From IMG/VR virus record IMGVR_UViG_3300021371_000009, positions 10,443 to 74,442 of that record: 64,000 nt of DNA; one strand, written 5' to 3'. The DNA comes from a virus. The translations under genes and the position numbers were made by a program. The notes beneath the pieces are model-generated. The model was not told the DNA's origin and searched no databases. It saw only the letters and a list, made by a program, of their open reading frames with translations. Shown here piece after piece: positions 58,653 through 64,000 of this stretch; position 1 is the first letter of the stretch, and every line of letters starts with the position of its first letter.

Positions 58653-59208
58653 TTTCTATAGAATGCATATCTGTAAATGCTCTTGTCATATTAAATGCTA
58701 TTGTAACCCTTTCATTATCTTTATCATGTCTAGGCATTGCATGATATAACCATCCGTTAAATATAATACACTTACCTTTTTCTGCATATACAATTTCAGC
58801 ATTCTCGTTGTATATTTGAATTCTAGGATCAAAGAATTCAGTTTTACCTATGTTGTCGTAGTATAACACGGCAGACATCATCATTCTATCTCCATGACGA
58901 TGAATATCATGAGTACATCCCGCGGGAACGTAATTCACCCAAGAGTTACTAATAACATACTTATTTTTCGTATGTCTTGATATTGTAGAACAAATATTAT
59001 CTAAAATAGAATTTGTGATTGGTCCAACATCCAGACTAGGAGGATTATTAAAACTACTGAAATAATCTTTCACATAAGAAGTAATTCCAGAATTTCTAAA
59101 CATATCCAATTCATGCCTAGATAAGTCTATAATTTCTTCATCAAACTGTATCTCGTAAAATACTGTAGGAAAAGCATTATATTCGGTTAAGGTTAAACCT
59201 TCAATCAT
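58645..59208 (-). CDS. Putative 2OG-Fe(II) oxygenase (TIGR02466-like)
   Basis: FPT, SWVN, H..H.H, SAV.Y, F.DPR, G..I.F..WL.H, R.TIAFN. Confidence 0.85.
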   Translation of the reverse strand: MIEGLTLTEYNAFPTVFYEIQFDEEIIDLSRHELDMFRNSGITSYVKDYFSSFNNPPSLDVGPITNSILDNICSTISRHTKNKYVISNSWVNYVPAGCTHDIHRHGDRMMMSAVLYYDNIGKTEFFDPRIQIYNENAEIVYAEKGKCIIFNGWLYHAMPRHDKDNERVTIAFNMTRAFTDMHSIESV

Positions 59209-59456
59209 ACCGGCAACTCTGCAGTAGTCTTAGGTAGATAATGTAAGTCTTGTGCATTGACAGTGACTTTATCTTTAAGTGTTTTACTCACAAACTTCTT
59301 CACATCTTCTGGTTCAAGTTCATGCTCATCACAATATAGAAGAATAGCATCCATATGCGTGACTGCTTTATCTAGTACAATATCTTCAATAATTTTACTA
59401 AATCTTTTTGGTGTCATTGGTTCTGGATTAGTCATGCCTTGCCTTTTCATAAACAT
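59205..59456 (-). CDS. gp33: Late-promoter transcription co-activator
   Basis: F...IE..V, .DAI..YC....E.E.V.K..S..LK.K....A..L.YL, LP. Confidence 0.88.
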   Translation of the reverse strand: MFMKRQGMTNPEPMTPKRFSKIIEDIVLDKAVTHMDAILLYCDEHELEPEDVKKFVSKTLKDKVTVNAQDLHYLPKTTAELPV

Positions 59457-59472
59457 ATAATCATTAGACTAA

Positions 59473-59518
59473 TATACATTATTATAATAAAGAAGTCAAG
59501 GGATTTCTCCCTTGACTT
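59473..59518 (-). terminator. Hairpin terminator overlapping a sigma70 promoter for gp33
   Basis: AAGTCAAGGGA-GAAA-TCCCTTGACTT then a T-rich tract; its 3' arm supplies TTGACT-17 nt-TATATT. Confidence 0.65.
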
Positions 59519-59531
59519 TACACTTTTACCA

Positions 59532-59750
59532 TTAGCGTTGTGAAACGAAAGAATTCATCTCATTTGCTAGTTTGCTGATATCTTCGAATGTCGGAAATGC
59601 TGGCATTTCTGGAAACTGAACATCTAGTCCTGCTTCTTTGTCTGCATAGTATTTCTCTTTAAGATTATTGATATCAGTGTGATATTGCTCTGTGAGCAAC
59701 TCTCTGGCGCTTTGTATCATACTAAAGCGTAAGTCGAATGGATTACTCAT
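59532..59750 (-). CDS. Hypothetical protein (72 aa)
   Basis: ATG at 59750 with AGGAG SD; NPF.LR......A..LL..QY...P..PT..DI...A..M..FV. Confidence 0.75.
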   Translation of the reverse strand: MSNPFDLRFSMIQSARELLTEQYHTDINNLKEKYYADKEAGLDVQFPEMPAFPTFEDISKLANEMNSFVSQR

Positions 59751-59789
59751 ACTATTTCTCCTTGTGTGTATGTGTGTAATGTAGGGTGA

Positions 59790-60268
59790 AGCAATTGCTT
59801 CTTCTGTTTCCAGGCGTCCCCACAACACCCAGAAGATTATGCCGCTAGGCGAACATCTTCATATGCAATGTTATCGTTTGCATTTATGTTTTTGAATTCT
59901 CTTCATGCCTTCTTAATGCAGTCGAACCTATTTCGCCCCCATCATAAACACACTATTCTTCAAACCAAAGAAGGAAATCAAAACTTCCTGTAATTTGATA
60001 TAATACAAACATTAGAATACAAAACCAAATAAACCAGAATAAGTAAAAACCTAAGGTTCGATATATCTTTTCCATTGGAAGGTATTTTTCAAATAATGTT
60101 TGGATATCCCATACATATTTAAATTGTATAAACCAACAGAACCATCTTACATATTTGTTTGGCGTATTTTCTTTTGTTATCTTAGTCATATTTCCTTAGT
60201 GTGTTTATGGTGGAGGCGGTGGGTACTGCCCCCACGTCCTACAATCCTCCAACATGTGTCATCAAATT
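59790..60268 (-). ncRNA. ssrA: Circularly permuted (two-piece) tmRNA, alphaproteobacterial type; outer ends approximate
   Basis: Acceptor piece ...GGACGTGGG-GGCAGTA-CCCACCGCCTCCACCA ends at 60208; coding piece starts GGGGGCGAAATAGGTTCGAC at 59940; G3.U70 pair; tag ANDNIAYEDVRLAA* at 59881-59837. Confidence 0.93.
59953..60189 (-). CDS. Aromatic-rich small membrane protein encoded inside the tmRNA intervening segment
   Basis: 78 aa; AAGGA SD a few nt before ATG; TM segment LGFYLFWFIWFCILMFVLYQI. Confidence 0.7.
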   Translation of the reverse strand: MTKITKENTPNKYVRWFCWFIQFKYVWDIQTLFEKYLPMEKIYRTLGFYLFWFIWFCILMFVLYQITGSFDFLLWFEE

Positions 60269-60274
60269 CAATTC

Positions 60275-60305
60275 TATTTATACTACATTCAAGCAACTTT
60301 GTCAA
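60275..60305 (-). promoter_or_regulatory. Superimposed sigma70 and late promoter for the tmRNA
   Basis: TTGACA (60305-60300), 17 nt, TATAAATA (60282-60275). Confidence 0.75.
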
Positions 60306-61353
60306 GAACATATGGGTCGATATCTAGATATTTACCCCATTCAGTATAGTAGTGTCTCATACCTACTTCATCATGTATAGTTCCATTCTCATGTCTTCCA
60401 TGTAGAATGTTTCTTGTTTCTGTACCTTCACGCATTGTTGTACCTTGACCTGCTACACCAATAAGGTCTTCGTGCAAGTTTCTACCGAAAGGTCCCCATA
60501 TACTATTGTGATGCTTGATACGAGTTTGTCTTTCTTCTGGTGTATCTTTTCTTAATCCATATCCACGAAACTCAATCAATACTTTATTCGGACCAAGTGG
60601 TGTTACTGTGTCTGAACGATATGCACTCCCACGGAGGTTAAAGTTGAATCCTGGAAAGAGGTCGACCATGTACCACTGGTTGGGCGGCAGATTGGGAAAA
60701 GATAAATCCCCTCTATCTTCAAATCCGTCATACTCTTCGTAATTAACAGTAAAACTACTAACATTAACATGACCGTTATCAAAAGGAATATTTTTTCTAG
60801 CGAAATATTCATCATTGAATCCTGACACTCTATTAAAGTAATGCATGAAGTCGTGATAGAATTCACTGTTTGTGTCATGCCACAGTTTGTAGTTTGTATC
60901 TATCACTGCTTTGTGATAGTGAAAGACTTCCATTTCTTCTGTGTCGATTGCGTCTGCGATACAATCAAATGCGCCTGCAGTCCATTCTTCTACTGACTGT
61001 GTAGGGTTAGGGTCAAGCGTTACCCACACCATACCCCCATGCTTGATTTCACAATGCAATGGCACACCAGATGGTAAGTGTCCAATGTTACCAGAGAGTT
61101 TATTTACTCCACTGTCTCTTGTTGCTTTTACACCACTTCCAGTATTTACTGCAAGTACATTTACTCCAGCAATCTGTGTGGTTCTATAATCACCAACATT
61201 ATACATCTCTGAGATGTGACACATCGGTACCCAGACTTTACTGAATATTAATTCCTGTTCTTGTTTATATATTTCGTAGTTATTATATGCTCTACTACTA
61301 ATTGCTTCTATTCGTGGTGCTGATGACCACTGCTTATGATTACGAGGTGGCAT
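60289..61353 (-). CDS. msmA: Ring-hydroxylating oxygenase alpha subunit, methanesulfonate monooxygenase MsmA-like, lacking the Rieske motif
   Basis: IF.KVW...CH.SE....GD, NYKLWHDTNSEFYHDFMH Fe site, NLHEDL; no CxH or CxxH anywhere; MsmA assignment is from recall, not a search. Confidence 0.78.
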   Translation of the reverse strand: MPPRNHKQWSSAPRIEAISSRAYNNYEIYKQEQELIFSKVWVPMCHISEMYNVGDYRTTQIAGVNVLAVNTGSGVKATRDSGVNKLSGNIGHLPSGVPLHCEIKHGGMVWVTLDPNPTQSVEEWTAGAFDCIADAIDTEEMEVFHYHKAVIDTNYKLWHDTNSEFYHDFMHYFNRVSGFNDEYFARKNIPFDNGHVNVSSFTVNYEEYDGFEDRGDLSFPNLPPNQWYMVDLFPGFNFNLRGSAYRSDTVTPLGPNKVLIEFRGYGLRKDTPEERQTRIKHHNSIWGPFGRNLHEDLIGVAGQGTTMREGTETRNILHGRHENGTIHDEVGMRHYYTEWGKYLDIDPYVLDKVA

Positions 61354-61416
61354 ACTAGTCTCCTTTCTGCCATATCAAATATTTATTTCTCAAGCAATAT
61401 TTTTTGTTACTATCAC

Positions 61417-61803
61417 TTAATAGGAAGTTCGTATACCGGTTTCTGCTTTTTTAAAAAGTAAACTATTAATTTCTAAACCTTTACCCATAGAGATGAAGCA
61501 AGTAATTTTATTCGTAGGTATGAATTCTAAAATAGTAATAGTTCCAGTATCGACATTACCAATTATTTCAATTCCAGTTTGAATATCACTGACGTATCTC
61601 ATTATACCAATTTCACCATGAGACTGTTGAAAATTTTTCTTAACCACATCATATTCATCGGAAGTACATGTAACATTTTTGCTAGATTGAAATACACTAG
61701 GTTCTGGTTCTACTTCAGGTAAGTCTTTTGGTTCTGCACTAGCAAAACCTGCTAAAAATGATATAGACCAAATTAGCACTATTACATATACTACATTTTT
61801 CAT
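61417..61803 (-). CDS. Hypothetical secreted/periplasmic protein
   Basis: Signal peptide ending ASA-E; two Cys; N..TGT.TILE. Confidence 0.65.
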   Translation of the reverse strand: MKNVVYVIVLIWSISFLAGFASAEPKDLPEVEPEPSVFQSSKNVTCTSDEYDVVKKNFQQSHGEIGIMRYVSDIQTGIEIIGNVDTGTITILEFIPTNKITCFISMGKGLEINSLLFKKAETGIRTSY

Positions 61804-61818
61804 TTTACTTTCCTTTGC

Positions 61819-62370
61819 TCACCGTATGAGCATATTAAAAGGCATCGTAATTCTAAACTCATCTTCATAATGAGCAGGCATATCATGTTCTAACCAACCG
61901 GGAAAGAAAACTACTTTACCTTTTTCAGCAACTTCGACATGAGGTTGCCAATTGAATACTTGAGGTCTTGGATCATAAAAATTTGTTTGCCCAATAGTAT
62001 CAAAGTAAACAATAGCACATATCATGTTATCTCGACCATGACTATGCTTTGAATGCACATTACCTTTCGGCACATAGTTAAAAAAACTATTTTCTATATG
62101 CACTCTATCTTCTGCTATAATTCTAGCAATTCGTAAAACATTATCGCTAATTAATTTAGTAGAAGACCCTATATCATCGACCTTTTCTAAACCAGTATTA
62201 TATGTGGTAAAGTATTGTCGTATACCACTTTTATTATTTTTAGCATACTCTACTAACTCTTCTTTACAATCATCAGCGAGTGATGTTGGTAAGAAATATT
62301 TATATAAGTTTGAAGGAAACAGTTGAATGGTATCAATATCCATGAGCATCTCTCCACGCATCTCTAACAC
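61819..62370 (-). CDS. Putative 2OG-Fe(II) oxygenase (TIGR02466-like); paralog of 58645..59208
   Basis: NYVPKGNVHSKHSHG, AIVY.D.IG.T.FYDPRPQ, AEKGK...F.GWL.H.MP, R.T..FNM. Confidence 0.85.
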   Translation of the reverse strand: MLEMRGEMLMDIDTIQLFPSNLYKYFLPTSLADDCKEELVEYAKNNKSGIRQYFTTYNTGLEKVDDIGSSTKLISDNVLRIARIIAEDRVHIENSFFNYVPKGNVHSKHSHGRDNMICAIVYFDTIGQTNFYDPRPQVFNWQPHVEVAEKGKVVFFPGWLEHDMPAHYEDEFRITMPFNMLIR

Positions 62371-63004
62371 TTCGATATTCTTCTATGTAATCATCTCGTT
62401 TTACTTTAAATAGTTGAGGTTCATCACCTTCAACTGCAATCAAGATACAAATCTGGTCAATAGGTTTTGCAGTTCTCTCTTCGAACATAACTGCATACGC
62501 CGCGCCTTGCATGAAGTAATTGCTGATGTACTCTTCTTTTTTTGGTTTACTTGCTGTCTTGAAATCGATAATAGACAAACGATTATCAAACTCAGCAACG
62601 CAATCTACACGACCTGCAGTTTGCAGAAACTTTGAGTACATAGTTTTTTCTTGAAAGTGTATATTGTCTATACGATGTAAGAAAGGTTTAATACTACTGA
62701 ACATAGACATCTCACCAGGACCCTCAATCTTAGGTTCTTTATTGTTGAGATAGTCTTCGCACTGATAATGAAATCTTGTACCTCTTGATGATGCTTGGCG
62801 AGATATCTTGTTTGCCGCTTCATCACCTACTCGCTTGCGCCACTCCATAATACCTTTGCGAGTGTGCCAACCTAAGACTGTAGTTACGGATGGATACTTT
62901 TGACCATCTGGTGTGACGTACAGTCTTAGGTTGTCGTTTTGCTCAGTTGTTAATTCTGGCAGTTTACTATCATAATCAAGTTCTTCAATGTGTGTATATT
63001 TCAC
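62333..63004 (-). CDS. PD-(D/E)XK exonuclease
   Basis: R.Y.TP.G..YPSVTTVL, WR.RVG...A, RGT..H...E.YL, AGRVDC.AE......IIDFKT, YF.Q..AY. Confidence 0.92.
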   Translation of the reverse strand: MKYTHIEELDYDSKLPELTTEQNDNLRLYVTPDGQKYPSVTTVLGWHTRKGIMEWRKRVGDEAANKISRQASSRGTRFHYQCEDYLNNKEPKIEGPGEMSMFSSIKPFLHRIDNIHFQEKTMYSKFLQTAGRVDCVAEFDNRLSIIDFKTASKPKKEEYISNYFMQGAAYAVMFEERTAKPIDQICILIAVEGDEPQLFKVKRDDYIEEYRSVRDAWRDAHGY

Positions 63005-63023
63005 TTTTTCATCCTCTAGTGTG

Positions 63024-63052
63024 AGTATAGCACACTATAATGTAATTGTCAA
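63024..63052 (-). promoter_or_regulatory. sigma70-type promoter for the exonuclease operon
   Basis: TTGACA-17 nt-TATACT on minus strand. Confidence 0.7.
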
Positions 63053-63630
63053 GAGTTAAGCATCTGTTCCCGGTCTGCTTTTCTTGATTCCTCGCTATCT
63101 GGATTCTCCGCCATGTATATTGCCATTTCGGTTGTATCATTATTTCTAACTGTCCAACCCCTACCAAAAGTTTCAAATGTACTTAAACTTTCATAATAGT
63201 CTTGACGATTTGCTTGATACTTCTTAATGGTTTCTACTAGACCATTCTCCTTCACATATGCTTTTACTGCTTTCAGAGTATTAGGTCCAATCCCACCATC
63301 TGCAGTAGTGCCAATCATCTTCTGTAAATATTTTGCGGCACGACCTGTACCCGCATTTACACCAAAGTCAAAAACACACAAGTCTAGTCCAGAAGGAAGT
63401 TTATCTCCCTTAATTCTATCCCAATAATTCTTTTGATAGATAGGACGAACATCATCTTCATCCAAGTCTCTCATATCTTGTTCAGATACTTCATGACCAA
63501 CCCACTCTTCATAAACTCTCTTAGTTACACCCATGTTGGTGATGCCTCCAGGATCTTTAGGATGATTAACAAAACCACCCTCATGCACTAATATCTTAGC
63601 AATGCATTGACCCATATTTTCTTTTGCCAT
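63049..63630 (-). CDS. Endolysin, glycoside hydrolase family 108 with peptidoglycan-binding domain
   Basis: HEGGF.NHP.DPGG.TN.GVT, IY...YW, FD.GVNAG, DG.IGP.TL, FGRGW..R. Confidence 0.92.
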   Translation of the reverse strand: MAKENMGQCIAKILVHEGGFVNHPKDPGGITNMGVTKRVYEEWVGHEVSEQDMRDLDEDDVRPIYQKNYWDRIKGDKLPSGLDLCVFDFGVNAGTGRAAKYLQKMIGTTADGGIGPNTLKAVKAYVKENGLVETIKKYQANRQDYYESLSTFETFGRGWTVRNNDTTEMAIYMAENPDSEESRKADREQMLNS

Positions 63631-63648
63631 CTTTGTTACTCCTTGTAA

Positions 63649-64000
63649 TTATGCGACCTGTCGCATCTTCTTGTCTATGCTTTCAAATGTATTTTCATAT
63701 TGTTTTTGGTTCTTGCTTAATATATATTCCTTCACAAGACCACTTCTTACAATATCTTCTTCTTTGAAGTCAATTGTTTCAAAACATTTCATAGATTTGA
63801 TTATATCCATAAACTGAATGAGACCTCTTTGTTCTGCATTGTTCTTCAAATCAGTTTGCATAAAGTCTCCACAGAAAGCAATGCGCGAGTTTTCTCCCAC
63901 TCTAGTGATGATTGTATCTAATTCATGAAAATTTAAATTCTGACATTCATCAACAATAATAAATGCATCCCTTAGTGTAATGCCTCTAATATATGAAGTA
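63649..64000 (-). CDS. phoH: PhoH-family ATPase; 5' part outside the window
   Basis: Frame extends to the window end: SYIRGITL...IIVDECQNLNFHELDTIITRVGENS.I.FCGD..QTDL...DIVRSGLV. Confidence 0.93.
   Translation of the reverse strand, partial: TSYIRGITLRDAFIIVDECQNLNFHELDTIITRVGENSRIAFCGDFMQTDLKNNAEQRGLIQFMDIIKSMKCFETIDFKEEDIVRSGLVKEYILSKNQKQYENTFESIDKKMRQVA

Noticed and set aside
59751-59828. N-terminal extension of ORF 59532..59828 in the track
   Set aside because: It overlaps the tmRNA 3' region; the ATG at 59750 has a strong AGGAG SD
60208-60240. Stand-alone tRNA or prophage att site
   Set aside because: It has no D or anticodon arm and pairs with GGGGGCG at 59940 as a tmRNA acceptor stem; the flanking repeats are inverted rather than direct, and no integrase is present
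60289-61353. msmA as a pseudogene
   Set aside because: The frame is open, with an AGGAG SD, an AATAAATA late-promoter variant upstream and intact catalytic ligands
1-64000. CRISPR array, introns/inteins, homing endonucleases, stop-codon reassignment
   Set aside because: No repeat-spacer array was seen; core genes (gp17, gp20, gp23, uvsW) are uninterrupted and of normal length; TAA, TAG and TGA all end genes normally

Overview
64 kb of a T4-like myovirus genome (AT-rich, dense coding, standard genetic code, mostly minus strand), probably marine and probably infecting an alphaproteobacterium. It holds gp47 (partial), gp55, uvsW/uvsY, the head, neck, tail and baseplate module, a modular tail-fibre locus, gp32/gp59/gp33, an endolysin and phoH (partial). 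Many T4-type late promoters (TATAAATA) and several near-consensus sigma70 promoters are visible. Most notable: (1) a circularly permuted, alphaproteobacterial-type tmRNA whose 267-nt intervening segment carries a complete 78-aa membrane-protein ORF clamped by a perfect 13-bp inverted repeat; (2) next to it, an MsmA-like oxygenase alpha subunit that keeps its mononuclear Fe site but lacks the Rieske cluster ligands; (3) a U_UUU_UUA -1 slippery site that would fuse gp26 to gp51, like lambda G/GT; (4) a chained fibre-adaptor-fibre-adaptor-hub locus ending in five paralogous tip genes, with pairwise near-identical His-rich blocks; (5) a candidate protease-processed head polyprotein, a rubredoxin-like gene missing from the ORF track, a flavin-dependent halogenase and an antisense consensus promoter beside gp55. 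All calls come from motif recognition and synteny; no database searches were run.
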